Assembly (NCBI GenBank): GCA_001687465.1
Contig: LVLI01000118.1
Coordinates: forward strand, 1-64,000
Length of the DNA stretch: 64,000 nt
Origin: Halocafeteria seosinensis
Taxonomy: Eukaryota
Reading direction: 5' to 3'
The notes beneath the pieces are model-generated. The model did no database searches and had not been told where the DNA came from. It was given only the letters and a program-made list of their open reading frames with translations. The position numbers and the translations under genes are program-made. Position 1 is the first letter of the stretch; each line of letters opens with the position of its first letter. Below are positions 25,341 to 38,862 of this stretch, piece by piece.

Positions 25341-25393
25341 ACAGAAGCTCGGCTCATTTTTCATGATTTTATAAATACATTCTCCATTACACC

Positions 25394-28300
25394 TTATGCA
25401 AGATAACGATATACGTTTGAATTGTCTGGATCCCGTTCCATGTATTCTCTGTCAATCAAAGTCTCAATCCTCCGCTTTACATCCTGCACTTTACCAAACG
25501 GTCACCGGTTGTTTCCACGTAACCTTCCAGATTTGACTTACAGAAGTCTTTGGTTGGAAACGTCGAAGAAGATGCCTGCAAACTTCGGCAATCAATTCAC
25601 TATGGTTTATCTCCTGGCGTGCCTTCATCACTCGAACAATTGCCGCATCGATTCTGTGTCACAAACATCATCGGAGTCGACCAACCTATATTGACCAGAC
25701 CGAAACACCGCTTTGGCTTACGTGTGATTCCGATCGTGTTGTACGGATTGCGTCGTCTTGTTCAGTTCGTTGGAGACCTCGGTCTCGGTGGATGCTTTGG
25801 ATACAGCAGGGATATATATCCTACGCAGTTTCGCCTTGAAGTCGAAATTTAAACTGATTACGTCTCCATCCTGGATTTCCACGCCCTGGTCGCTCCTCTC
25901 ACAACATGAAAGTCACAAAGCCAGCAAAGGGACGCAATTTCACCCAATTGCAACGTACCCTTCTTGATTTTAGTAGGACCTTACACTTTCGACTGCACAA
26001 CGACAATACTTGGCGGCGTAGCTCGTCACTATCTGTGCAGAGAGCATCGCGGATTTCCCTGTAGGCAGAAGTCGTCCGTCCACAGTACTCCATAGGCAAC
26101 TACTATATGAGGACATACCGGAAAGAAATTTCTTTCTTGTAGTTAAAGAGACAAAGTATGCACATCTGATATGTGGATACCACCAAGTCATGGCTCTGTG
26201 ATGTGAAACATGCTTTTACTTCCGCCCACCCCTGCATTTCGAGAGCGATTATGGTGTGGATACCCTGTAGCTACCCCCTGAAAGCTTATTTAACAATACG
26301 GCAGATACCTTTTCGGTCACCCAAGTGAGACGTCTGCTACAGAATTGTTCGAGATAGAACGATTCGAATGCTCTTCTCAGAGATTCCACCTCCTCTGGAA
26401 GACGGCACTGAGGAAATGTCGGACTCGGCCAAAACCCCTGCGTAAGTACCATTGGCTGAATCTTTTCACTGTGACGACTCTTTGTACTTTCAAGATACTG
26501 TTCCTGAAGTTCTTTTGTTGCCGTGAAGTCACGAAACATCCCTTCAGCTTTTACGGTATACTGAGCGCCGCATTCAAGCTGCAGAGGCCAACAATATACT
26601 TCGGCGCAAACTTTGATACCACCACTGAGGACAACATACCTTTAGTTTCGCAACAAGAGCCCTTTCGACTTCATTTGAAGACGATTTTTGTCCAAGTAAC
26701 CGCTTTGATAGATGTTGTAGATACAGTTCTTCGAACATATCCTGAGGTTTGTTGAAAATTAAAATTGTCAACCACTGTTTCACGCCTACAGCATTGACCG
26801 AATAAGTTTTGAAGCTTGCTTACTTTATCCGATATGTGCCGAAACACTTTCATAAACCGTTCAAGCTCGTTATCTATAGCATCATCGGAAATTCCTTGTA
26901 CGCCTTGTTTCATGAAGTTGTCAATATAAAGGGCAAGAGCACGTATAATCCTAACGTTTTGATTCACAGCAAGCTCAAATGTCTCCTGCAAACAAAAACC
27001 GTTTCCCGGCTGTGGATACGGTATCATCAGATGCAACATACCTTCAGCACTTTCCAAAATCGAACATCACCGTCGAAACCTTGTTCGCATATCCTTTCGT
27101 GTTTGATCCGATGCTTCATTAACTGTAAGATACGAGGTTAACCTCATATCGAGAAACATCACTGGGATGAAGACTCATGTACCTTTTGAGATAATTCCTG
27201 TGGTTGTTTAATGTACTCCTTAAGTGTGCAATCAAGCTCGTATTGTATGCACCTGCTTAACCAAAGACGAGAGTAAAACCACGATTCGTCTTAATAGTCG
27301 TTAACGCTTTCACTTACCATCTATAGGCCTCTTTCAACACTTCGACAGGAAGGAGAGACTCATACCGCAGGGCACTGTTGGCCGCTACTTGCTCGCTATT
27401 TGTAGAGGAGAGAGCATATAAGGGATATTGCCAAGACAGTTTCCCATCTGCCTTCCTGAACAGGGTATAGAGAGGCTTCAACTCTGAGCAACCGATAAAT
27501 ACATCGTCCACATAAGCACGATACGGAATTCAAAGAATCCACAACTCCATATCCACGTACTCGACAGTACTTCCCCTTCGATGAGGGAATTCAAATCCGA
27601 AGAGGATTCCAGTTCGAGCAGTTTACTGGTATGATCCGTTACCAATGCTTTCACAAGTGTCCGCTGCACTTTGCCGTGCGTACTGCTGGGTAGGCATTGT
27701 TCACAGCGCTTGAGTTCTTTGTTAAGGAGAGAGTTAGCCTGCGTCTTACAGACGGACGGAAATCTATCTCAAGCATAAGCATGCAGACCACTTTAGGCTT
27801 GTACATACCTCAACAACATAATGTGACAAGCCTGATGATTCCAGGAGGGCATTGGCACAGCTTTCATAATGCCTGCGGGTAGCTGCTAGAAAATGGTTTT
27901 CAAAGTCGCGCTCATAGACGGTCAGTGAACCATCTTTCATATCAATGATCGCATCTATTGTTTCTTTAACGACACCACTGTCCATAAACCCTGCCTCCCT
28001 CGCTTGGCCCACGCTTTCTAAAAGTATCCTAGTGATTCGATCCTTCAAAGGGGTATACACCTCACTCTCGAATGCGGATAGAGCTAGCTGGAGGATAGGA
28101 AGTTCATTATATTGATCCACAACAGACTTGTCGAGATACATTAGTATGTCACTAATTTTTCTGCTTGCCAATTTGTGGTGGCTCCAATGTTCCAAAAACC
28201 TCGATAGCAATTCTGAATCGGCTGTGTCTGCCAGTTTGTTGCGCACTGGCCGAAGAAGCTCTTGGAATGTCTCTCCCGTATCTTTGTACAAGGCCATGCC

Positions 28301-28575
28301 GCGTTTATACAGCACTAGGTTATACGCGTACCTGTTGTCAGGGTATGCCACAATCCCAAAGAAGTTATGATACTATCGAAGCAACAAAGCGATTGTAATA
28401 CGCACTGGTACAATTGCTCAAACGAAAGAGTACTGGCGTCAGCATTGTAGACTTGCTCAAAAGCATCTCGTAGTCTCTTGAGAAGTGTGTTGGCGGTCTC
28501 ATCGTCCAAGTAAGGCTTTGCTTTGTACGGAGCCAATTTGACGGTCTTGTGAGATTTCTTAGAATTCGATGACAT
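25394..28575 (-). CDS. CUL3: Cullin, CUL3-like, multi-exon
   Basis: [64 protein letters not shown], and a C-terminal winged helix [23 protein letters not shown]. Confidence 0.88.
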
Positions 28576-30034
28576 CCTTGGGTTTTGCTGTATAGAGTAG
28601 AAACCACAGAATTCCCGTGTCCATCATCCATCCATCACTCAAACCACCCATGTCACTCATACTTCACGACCTAGACCTACTTACTCGGCTACCAATTGAG
28701 ACGTCTAATTCGGTGTATGTTTTTCTCTTTGCCTCTTGTCTCTTGTATGTGTATACAATCCTTATGGGACTGGCACGTGTAAGTATAAGCAAAGTAGAAT
28801 TCCTCCCTCTTCCAACGCAGGAATCCAGAAGCACAGCACGCTCTATTCTACGAAAAATCAGCGGATATAACGGAAACCCTGACAGTTGAGGAAAACGATC
28901 ATTGAATACACTATATTTATACGGTGTAGCCAGTTTTGACAAATCCCACTTATTATACCACACTGTTTCCATGTACTACACTGCAGACTGCAGTCCAAAG
29001 ATTCACTGATTGAAGTTGAAGCCAGATTCAGCGAACGTGGTTGCAACTTGCAACTGGTAAGTTACCAGTGGTAAGTTACTTGTACCCCGGTTGCAAGGTA
29101 AACATGAAGGTAGAATCGTCTGTCTGTCGATCAGGGTCGTCACTAAAGAAGCGCAAAAGTGCTGTTTCAATGCATGCAGTATGATAAGGTGTTCTCCCAT
29201 TCGAGACAAAGATGTGGAACCCTTGTTTCCACTTGAACACAACTTTGATTTCTCAATTTGGGGAGAAACAGGAGAAAATAAAACAGGTTGTACTCTACAA
29301 CTACTAAGAAAATTCGATGGAGAACCGCGTTCCCAACTACCTGTTTAGGCTTTGGTAACTTTCGAGTTTCGACATTAGGATTATCAGTTTGGGACCAACG
29401 TTGTACAAAGGAGATGGTGTTCCCTGGGACTATGAGCTCTATAAGAAATAGTAACGGAGGGTTTCATCACCAATACCACAAAGAGCTATGCCTTCGGGAA
29501 AACATACAATGCTTTGATAACAAAATTCACTATCCGGGTAGTGCCAACGAGCTACAATTGCAGAACCCCTGGATTCCGGTGACGAGCGTGCCAGATACTG
29601 GAAGATCCGTATGCTCTCCTGAATGAATGAGTCCATTACTTGGACAATGGAAACTTCGTCAAAAAACATTCTACTCTCAAGAGCACATGAACAAGGATAT
29701 GCGCGGACTGGCAATATCGCCCGGGTACCCCATACCATCGCGCAACAATACATGTGCTTTCTGATAGCACTGTAAGGACCTTACTGTCAGTCTACGAGCC
29801 GAATGACTACCAGGCCATACGAGCACTCTACAATTATGGGAGGAGCGTCCTTGGCTAGCTAGGCAACCCAAGTTCACAAGCACAGAGAGGGTAGTAAATC
29901 GGTAAGAAGTTCAGTCGGGAAGCTACACAGCTTGACGAATGTTTTGAAGTGGTCAATAAGGATTCTATTCTTTTCTTGCTTGCTGTTTTGTGTGCTACTT
30001 TTTCATTGTTTTCTTCGGGAGGTACAGGCGGAGG

Positions 30035-31201
30035 ATGACTGTCTGGGATGGTCTTATCGGAGGACTGCTAATAGGCACTGCAGCCGCGGTTCTGCTCCAT
30101 ACAACAGGAGAAAGAGCAGGTAAGCAATTCCCAATCATGCGTCATGCAACTGATGTTCCCGGGCACAGCTGCCGGTGCACTGGAGCCTCTCAGTCTGGAG
30201 GATTTGACTCATCAGCTGACTGGGTGATGTGCTTCAACTGGCGTGTGCAGGAATAAGCGGGATTTTCTTTGGGATAGCATCAGGCGATGCATCACAGCCT
30301 TGGAGGGGTGTATGGCTCTCGGGGCTCATGCTAACTGCCACTGTTTGGAGCCTGGTTGACGAATCTCGTTTTACGAGCGATCCTGGAACAAAAGGGAACA
30401 GCTTCGTGGGAGCTGCGATCGGAGGATTTCTGGTAGGACTTGGTACCAAATTAGGCAGCGGTTGCACCAGCGGTAAGAACATCCTGCAGTGCTTTCCGGT
30501 GTTTCATATTTGAACAGAAGCAAATCGTTGCAGGACATGGTGTTTGCGGGCTAGCCCGATTGAGTCAGCGATCACTCGTGGCCGTAGTTACATTTATGAC
30601 CACTGGTTTCGCCATGGCAACTTGGGTAAACAATACTCAGTCATTTCTTACAGGTGAAGCACCATTCTCGTCCTTACCCACTCCCCAAATCTCCTACGTT
30701 AGTGGAATTGCTGCGCTGACTCTTCTCATTGGAATGTTTCACCAGGGCATACGAAGAGGTGACGGTGTTTTACGACTACTTTTCTCATTCATTTCCGCCT
30801 GCTTGTTTTCAGTCGGGCTTATATACGGAGGTATGACACAGAGATCAAAAGTAGTTGCGTTTTTGAATGGTCTAGCCTGGAATCCACAGCTCGCCTTCGT
30901 AATGGGCGGAGCTGTCATGGTCACTTTCCCTGCGTTTACGTACGCAGCGTACAGAGATCACACATTGCTAAGCTGCCCATATGATAAAAGTGGTACCTCA
31001 ACTATTACCGCACCTTTGATACTCGGTGCTTGGCTGTTTGGTTTGGGCTGGGGCTTGTCCGGACTGTGCCCTGGACCAGCCCTTGCCCATGTGGCTGCAG
31101 GTATACCATTAACGACTGTGGGTTTCTTCCCTTTCATGACGCTCGGGATGTACACTTACATGTTCTGGAATTCTCTCTCAGCAAAGAAAAAGGCTTCTTA
31201 G
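30035..31201 (+). CDS. Fused YeeE/YedE (TsuA-like) sulfur-compound transporter, 3 exons
   Basis: GLIGGLLIG..G.RAGISGI, GGFLVGLGTKLGSGCTSG/HGVCGLARLSQRSLVAV, FSVGLIYGGM..SKVVAFL, LAFVMGGAV and FGLGWGLSGLCPGPAL. The family's conserved Cys residues are present. Confidence 0.88.
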
Positions 31202-31295
31202 GGCAGTGAGTACCCATATTCTCAGAAGAATTGGGAATCAATAATATTATTATGAATAAAAGCAAGATCAAGCTGTGATATTTTGTATTCATCTG

Positions 31296-32628
31296 CTACT
31301 TCTTTTTCCCCTCATTCTTTTTAGCTGCTTTTTGTGCTTTGACAACTTCCTGTCGGGCGTATAGAATTTCCGCAGCCGGCTTAAGTACTTTATGAATTTG
31401 GTTAGCAGCTGTATGTTCGCGTTCTCGGCGCTTTTGTTCTCGATACTTTTGCTTGGCTTCCTCTAATTCTCTCTGCTTTCTTTCGGCTTGCTCCCGTTGC
31501 TCTTCTTCATAGCGCGCCAGGAGCTTATCCAGTTCTTCTTTATCAGTCTGCCTTTGTTGTTCGAGCTTCTGAAATTCTTCTTGCTTCGCTTGGATTTCAG
31601 CGTCCTTTTTCTGCTGCCATTCAGAAACACGATCTGCTAATTCCTTTTGTTGCTTTTGCAACAAAGATGCAGCTTCTTCGTGAGCTCTCTGTTCCCGGTT
31701 TATGGTCTCTGTTAAATCGTCCAGCTCCTTTTGTAACCTTGCTTCCTCCAACTGCTGAACCCTCCCCTTTGATTCCGTTCCTGCCATCGCCGATCTTCGG
31801 GACACACGGGACTGTAATGTCGTTTCTAGTTTCAGATCCCTTAGCCGCTGCTGTAACTCCTCGACCTGGCTCTGTTTCTTCGACATCTCGTTTTCATGAT
31901 CTTCCTGCTCACTGAGCACTTGCTGTTCCAATTCATCTACTGTTTGACGTGTTTGTTTTTCTTCTTCTTCAATCCGTCTCAAGCGTTCCTGCTCGGCTTT
32001 TTCTTTATTAACATAGTCCAAAAGTGAATCGTAACGCCCTTGGTTTAGTTCAGAAATGGTATCCTTGAGCAACCTTTCCAGGTCGGAACGCTCTTGCGAT
32101 ATTTTACGCAAGTTTTCGGCAACATTTGGGTTTTCCTGTAAGTAGAACAAGGGAACAAATAAGTTCAAAGAGAAAACTGTAAAGGATGGGTTACACATTA
32201 ACTTCGTCACGAACCTTTAAGTTACGCGATAGCTGCTTTGTACTTTCACGTAGCCTTTGGCTAAGTGACTGTATTTCATCTGTGATTTGTTTCTTTAACA
32301 TTCGATTTGAGGTTGCCTGCACCATGTGTAGGAACACTCATAGAGGTTGACACAAATGTTAAGAAGTTTGAAAGACGCGCCCACTGCATACCTCTGCCTC
32401 GCTCCGTTGTCGTGTGAGTTCCTCGTATCGTTTCTCGAGGTTGTGTTGCTCTTCGATGAGCCGAGTGATTTCCTCGCCGACCGCGGCAGCTAACTCGTCT
32501 CGATGCGCCATAATATCGGGTGTAAGACTTCCTAGAAAGGACAATTTTTCAATGGCATCTTCAATCAACGCGATGCTCCTCTGGGCATCCACAGGATTCA
32601 ATTGGGACTTATCGTTCTGATTCGCCAT
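31296..32628 (-). CDS. DRC9: Dynein regulatory complex subunit 9 (IQCG-like) coiled-coil flagellar protein
   Basis: IEDAIEKLSFLGSLTPDI..RDEL..VGEEITRLIEEQHNLEKRYEEL, ENPNVAENLRKISQER, a long coiled coil and a Lys-rich tail. Introns are apparent between the ORF pieces. Confidence 0.75.
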
Positions 32629-33980
32629 CTTTCTCGCCTTCTCCGTCCGTAAACGCACTCAGATGTGTTATTTCCATGCAAAGGAGCCAAAAAATGCTCC
32701 TCTCGCCACTGTACCAACCACTACGGCTGTATTCCAAGGCCGTTAACCCAATTCCAAGGCACTGCAAACTACCCTACAACGATATACCCTTACACATCAG
32801 AGGACGAGTACCAATCGTAGACGGAGTTATCTCATTTTCGCTACACAAACATGCACTTTGCTTCTTAACGCCCCAAACGACGTCCTGTATCGCTCACTTG
32901 GGGGGCGATGTTGAAGCTGCTGTGAAGTGGAAACAGCAGGGACGCGGTTGTATGGACGTTGCTCTACATGTACTCCTCGTCCAACCAATTTTTGAGGGAG
33001 AAGAGTACGATGTGGGTTATTCACATTTGGAATCCTGGAGGGATTGATATTAGTACGTACGTGTGCGTATATGTGGACATTGTGGAGTTACAGACAGCAA
33101 CCGGCTCCACAAACCGGAGTATACCCCCGGGGTACTGTTGTATGCTTCCATTAAATGAACAGCCCGTAACCAATAACAATTTAGACTCTCTCACTCATAC
33201 TTTACTCCTCCAGACACTCACAGTTTACAACATGATAGTTGTGCAAAGCAACGTGCTGCAATAGTTACCGCAGTGACAGTGCCGAGTATTGCGGGGAGCA
33301 CGCAGCGGTACAATACAACACGAAGCAGCCAAGTGCTTTATATTGTGGGGGTTCGGTAGATCATGAGGCGTACCGGTCGCGGGAGAGTAGACACTTGCCG
33401 ATGCAAATCGAAAGTAGGCGCAGACTCGATCAATCGGATCATTGACCACTCTGATCGACCGTGGGGCGGTAAATGAACCCCGTCTGCACAATTCACGCCC
33501 AATTCTGTACTCTTTCCGCTATCCTCAACGGCAAGTCGATGCGGGAGAATATGACGAACATAACCTCGACCGTGGGGAATCCAATCGCTGCGAATGGCAG
33601 CTATTATGCTTGGATTCTACTGAAGGAACATGCCAGGAGGTAAAATTAGGCAAAAACTCTCAGGTAGCCGTGGCATGTCCACCGGGTCTGGCACAGACTG
33701 CCGATCATGTCTCTCATATCACACGGCAAATAGCGGAGCTTGGTCTTTATCATGATCATACTTCACGAAGAATTTTGGGGGCTCGACCAAACTCATTTAG
33801 TCCGATCCTCGGAAACCACTCGGGACGCCGGGGAAATCCGCACATGCGTAAGCGCTGGTCGTACGCCACATGGTTTGCGCGCAGTCCATCCCACTCAACG
33901 CATCTGCACATTGCATCTGAACTACGAGTCTCCCATATCCAATCCTCGCGATTGCCGTCTGTCATAGCGATCTCTCGTCC

Positions 33981-35874
33981 CTATGCGGCATGGTCAAATT
34001 CCGGGATCCGGCCAAAACCAAATCCGAAGACCCTCCTGAATGCACTGGGAACAAGAGAATCATCTGCCTGTAGAAAATCCAAATTCGGTAAATGCTGCAC
34101 GGCAGCTTTTGCGAGGATTGCTTCGCAGCCAAAGATATCCAATGACGTCAAATTGGCCAAGTGCTGAAAAGCCAAATCTGTGATGGTAGTCTGCCCACAG
34201 CCGCGCATCTTCAATGTGTGCAACGCTGTCAAATTTGCAAAAGCATCATCTGAGATGGTCGTTTGATAGCAACCACTCATATCCAGAGACTGCAGACTTG
34301 ACAAGTGCCGAAAGGCGTTGCTCGTAATCGTTGTTTGATTGCACGGTTCCATATCTAGATACCATAAGCGGGATAAGTAACTAAAGGCAACGTCAGTAAT
34401 TGTTGGTTGAGACAACTTGAGAGCACCGCGCCATTCGTAGAGAGGACAGGTTACGCATGTGACAAAACGCGGCATCGGTTATTGTTGGCTGATCACACAT
34501 ACAAATATCAAGTGATTCCAACTTTGACAAGTGTTGAAACGCTGCGTCGGTAGTTTGCTTGCAACCGAACATATTCAACGACTCCAATTGCGTCAAATGC
34601 TGAAAGCCAAAATCCGTTATAGTAGTTTGAGAGCAGTCATCCATACTTAATGCCTTCAGGTTCGATAAATGTCGAAAAGCAAAAGGAGATATGGTAGTCT
34701 GAATGCATCCACTGATATCCAGGGTTTCTACTTCGGACAAATGTGAAAACGCCGAATCTGTCATCTGAGTACAAGCACCAATATGCAACGTTTTCAAATT
34801 CGACAAATACCGAAAAGCAATATTAGTGATAGTAAATTGCCTGCAGTTATCCATGCCTAACCACTTCAGGTTTGATAAATGTCGAAATGCAGTATCGGTG
34901 AGACTGAACTGAGTGCAGAAGGTAACATCCAGGTATGTTAGCTGCGACAAATGCTGAAATGCCAAGTCTGTAAGCTGTCTACATCCAACCATTCGCAGTG
35001 ATGCCAACTGAGACAGGTTCTGGAAAGCAATATCTGTTATCGAAGTTTGACGGCAGTGATCCATCCTTAACACCGTTAGGTTCGATAAATGCCGGAAGGT
35101 AGAATCAGTGATGGCAACCTGGTCACATCCACTAATATCCAGGACTTCTAGTCGCCTTAAATGTAGGCAAATCGAGTCTGGGAATTGAGTGTGTTCCTCA
35201 CACTTAAGCTTTCAACCGCACCAGCAGTGAAGATATTTCGACTGCATCCTGCCACCTCTAACCCCGTTAGGTTGGATAAGTGTCGAAGTGCAGAATCGGT
35301 TACGGTGGTGCATCCCAGCAACTTTAATGCGCGAAGGTTTTGAAGATGCCGAAAGCCTTGATAAGAAGTGGTGGTGGTTGTAGTCTGGTAGCAGTTGCAG
35401 AGGTTCAAAACCACAAGATTCGACATATGTTTCGAACACCTCATCCGTTAGTTGGTTCCATTCAACAATGGTCACCGATCTCAGAGAAGTGGGCATCCAG
35501 GTGAACGCTGCGGTCGTCAACTCATTTGCGGTGTTGGCGTCAACTTCCAAGTGTCCTGCGTAGTTAGGGTAGCGCTCCCAGATCGAGTTCAGCTCTTGGT
35601 CATTTACCAGAGCGACCCTGTAGGAGCATCGTGGCCATGCTAACGTCCGAATCCACCGCACATTCCTATTGGTGGCAGCTTCCCGATGTCGATCGCACTC
35701 GTCCGCCCTGTCACCGCGCGCTACTTTGCTCCAATACACCACCGCTTGCCCCAGAGAGTTCCTTGGTGCCGATACACGGTCATCTCCCCTCTGTCCCGGT
35801 TTCCATAGGAAGGGATGCGAGTAGTGCTGGAACCAACTCTCCAGATACACTCGCAAGAGAGCATTGTCACCCAT
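33981..35874 (-). pseudogene. LRR-family paralogue A (N-terminal domain plus Cys-containing LRR array), frameshifted
   Basis: N-domain LRVYLESWFQHYSH..YWSKV..WIRTLAWPRCSY, then repeats TDxAFRHLSNLxxLxMxxCxQ. Frame breaks at ~35430 (+1 nt), ~35185 and ~34410 with no splice signals. Confidence 0.8.
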
Positions 35875-36239
35875 TGGCTTCGTCTCTTGGTTCCCCTGAT
35901 GCACCACTCTGCGTGTGGAAGACGCTGTCTCTCATTTCGTTTAACAAGCGTGACTCTTAACGACTCGAGTCGAACAATGCATCCCGATCCGCGGTCTCTG
36001 CAGACTACAGCGTAATGGATACTTGCAGCTTGGGAGGCTCTGTGAAGTTTTACTCAGCCTCGGGAAGTGTCATTGATGCGGAGGCCACGCGCCATGAGTC
36101 GTTAATGAACTCCCCTGCTAGCGCGAACACACTGTACAACTATTTATTCAGGGAGAATAATGGGATAATGTCATTTGTGACTTATTGGGGGGGGGGGCGC
36201 ATTAATGCCGCTCAGTTGGAGTTAGTCGTACCACTTCCC

Positions 36240-37001
36240 GATACGGTTGTGCGTCAGTAATCTGAGTGCAGCTACTTGTACTGATATTCAATGACTTCAA
36301 CTGCGACAAATGGTGAAAGCCTAGATCCGTGGTAGTAGTTTGGCCGCAGCGTGCCATCTTTAGCGTCTTCAGGTTCGATAGATGGCAAAATGCAGAATTG
36401 GTTATAGTACTTTGGTTGCACCACAACATATCGAATGAACCAAGGTTCTTGAAATGCTGAAAGCCATCGTCAAAAATACTGGTCTGGCTGCACTCCGTGA
36501 TACTCAAGACGCCAGGCTCGACATGTTCGTAAATACATCATCAGTCAGCAGAGTGCATCCAATAATTGTCAGTGACCTCAATCAAGCAGGTATTCCATCG
36601 AGATTTGCATTCACCAATTCAGAAACACTTGCTCTGTGTATACGACCACCACATTGCAGATGCCCGGAAATTTGGCGGCAAAGTTGGAATCACGAGTCCA
36701 GGCAATTTCCAGCTCTCGATTATGAACCTGAATCTTAATTACAAGTGCATCGTGGCCACCACCCTAAACCGCAGTTTCTTTCCTTGCTTTGTTCATGCTT
36801 GTCCAACTCGTCTACGCCTCGAACCCGGTTCCAGAAGGCTACAGTCGGTGCAAGAGCGTTTTGTCCTGTAGGCACGAATGTCTTACCCAGTGCATTTCTC
36901 CTCCCTCGTTGTGGCAAACGATGGGAGTAGTACTGGAACCAGCTCTGTAGATACACTCGTACGACCCTCTCGCATGATTCTCGCGATACTGGCACTTCCA
37001 A
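36240..37001 (-). pseudogene. LRR-family paralogue B, truncated, with stops and frameshifts
   Basis: RVYLQSWFQYYSHRL..FWNRV..WWPRCTCN*, then SIFDDGFQHFKNLGSFDMLWCNQSTITNSAFCHLSNLKTLKMARC. Confidence 0.75.
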
Positions 37002-38440
37002 GTGATTCCAGCTGTAACAGGTGCTGAAACACCCTATTTGTAATCGTACTCTAAGCGCACTGCGACATATCCAGTGATTTCAACTGCGATAAATGTTGGA
37101 AGGCGATATCTGTTATGGTTGTTTAACAACAACGATCCATGACTCACGACTCCAGATTGGATAAATGTTGGAACGGGATGTACATACCAATATGCAGAAA
37201 TTTTTGTTGCAAAACGTACTGAAACGCATTGTCTGTAATCATAGTTTGAGTACATCCTTGGGTGTTCAATGACTCCAACTAGGAGAAATGGTGAAAGGCA
37301 TCATCCGTTATAGCAGGTTGATCGCAGATGTCCATGCTTAATTGCTTGAGATTAGATAAATGTCCAAATACGGAGTCCGTTATGATGAACTGGTTGCAAT
37401 CACTAATATCCAATGCTTCCAGATGTGACAAGATCGTAGTCTGAGTGCAATTGCTCGAGTTCAATGATCCTAACTGCCCAAGATGTTGGAAGCTATTACC
37501 GTGATGGAAGTCTGTTTGAAGCTAGCCATCTTTAGCGCTTTTAAGTTTAATAGATATCGAAATGCAGAGTCGGTGATGGTGGACTGGCTGCAGTAACTTA
37601 TATCCAGGGCCGTCAGTCGCGATAAGTGTTGAAACGCCGAGTCTGAAATTGTACTTTGTTTGCAAACTATCATGCTTAATGACTCCAATTGCGACAAATG
37701 TTTTGAGTGCCAATGTCAGGTATGGTTGTTTGTCAGCAGGCAGCAATCTTTAACGCCTCTAGGTTCCATGAATGTCGAAACGCAGCATCAGCAATGGTGG
37801 TATGATGGACGACGTCATATTCAACACGGAAAGGTTTTGAAGATGCTGAAATCCATGATCAGAAATGCTGGTGAGAAAACACCGTCCCAAGACCCCAAAT
37901 TCGACATTCTCTCAATCATTTTATCCGTCAGAGAGTTGCTTTCAATGATTGCGAAAGACTTCAGCGAAGCAGGCCGTTCGAAAACTGCATTCGCCAGCTC
38001 CATTGGCTTTCCAATAGCATTTCCACATTCCAGATGCCCTTTAAATTCGGATAACGCGCCCATATCGACACGAGGGACTGGCCAGCAAAGAGGCGCCTAC
38101 TGTAAGAGCATCGCGGCCATGCTAACGCTTGGACCCATCCCGCATTCGCCTTCCCATTAGCCACAGCCTCCTCCTTCCGGTCATGCGCGCCTGGTATTTG
38201 GTTCCAATACGTGAGTGTGGACTCCAGATTGGCCTCTTCTACCAACGGCATGGGGACCACAATCAGCTCTCGTCCCGCTGCACACCTCTCTTGCGCTTTT
38301 GCAAGCGGTGCGAGTAGTGCTGGAATCAAGTGTCCAAATAGACTCGTAAGAGCGCCTCACATGACATGGTGGACGCAAGTGTGGGTTATGGCCCACCCAG
38401 TGGCAAACACGGCCGACGACAGTACGATATTGCATGGCAT
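37002..38440 (-). pseudogene. LRR-family paralogue C, heavily disrupted, its repeats abutting the N-terminus of paralogue B
   Basis: LLRVYLDT*FQHYSHRL (Trp codon to TGA), YWNQI..WVQALAWPRCSY, and LRR fragments SQLESLSMIVCKQSTISDSAFQHLSRL and HLEALDISDCNQ. Confidence 0.75.
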
Positions 38441-38513
38441 TCCAATCTGTGAATGCCCATTATATTGCACTCGCGCAGTCCACTAGCGGCATATTCGCTT
38501 CAATGAATATGAA

Positions 38514-38554
38514 AAGAAAGAAATAAAAAAAAAAATACACACACACACACACAC
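38514..38554 (+). repeat. A-rich tract followed by a (CA)n microsatellite
   Basis: aaagaaagaaataaaaaaaaaaatacacacacacacacaca. Confidence 0.85.
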
Positions 38555-38862
38555 AAACCCACTTAACGCGCCTCATTATCTCTCGTCACATGGAGAGCAC
38601 TTTGATGCAAGTTGTTTGTGAAGATGATGTGCATACATTCCGTCGAATAACGTGGTTGGAAAGTGCACACTGTACTACCACACAGGTGCGAGGATGACTT
38701 GGGTTTGTTTCAGCTGTGGTATCTGCGTTATAGTTGGACACGGTGGTTGTGCTTGCACTTAAAACACAACACATTGAGAGAGCAGCACAGCACGCAACCT
38801 CGCGTGGTGGTGGTGACTGTATAGTCTACAGAGATTGTGTACAGTCTACATCTGGAGGAGTG

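Noticed and set aside
28600..29900. Scattered 60-110-aa ORFs, and a frame near 29570-29855 broken only by TGA codons (possible recoding)
   Set aside because: No homology recognised. TGA acts as a normal stop in clear genes here (importin alpha, METTL1, ABCC), so recoding is unsupported.
32676..33980. ORFs between DRC9 and the LRR cluster, including 33442-34167
   Set aside because: No domain recognised; the 3' part of the long ORF is just the antisense of LRR copy A.
33981..35874. Programmed frameshifting or intron rescue of LRR copy A
   Set aside because: The breaks differ in type, lack GT-AG pairs and a shared slippery motif, and neighbouring copies carry plain stop codons; decay is the simpler explanation.
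36187..36197. G11 homopolymer between LRR copies as a phase-variation switch
   Set aside because: It lies outside any intact coding frame and there is no evidence of length variation.
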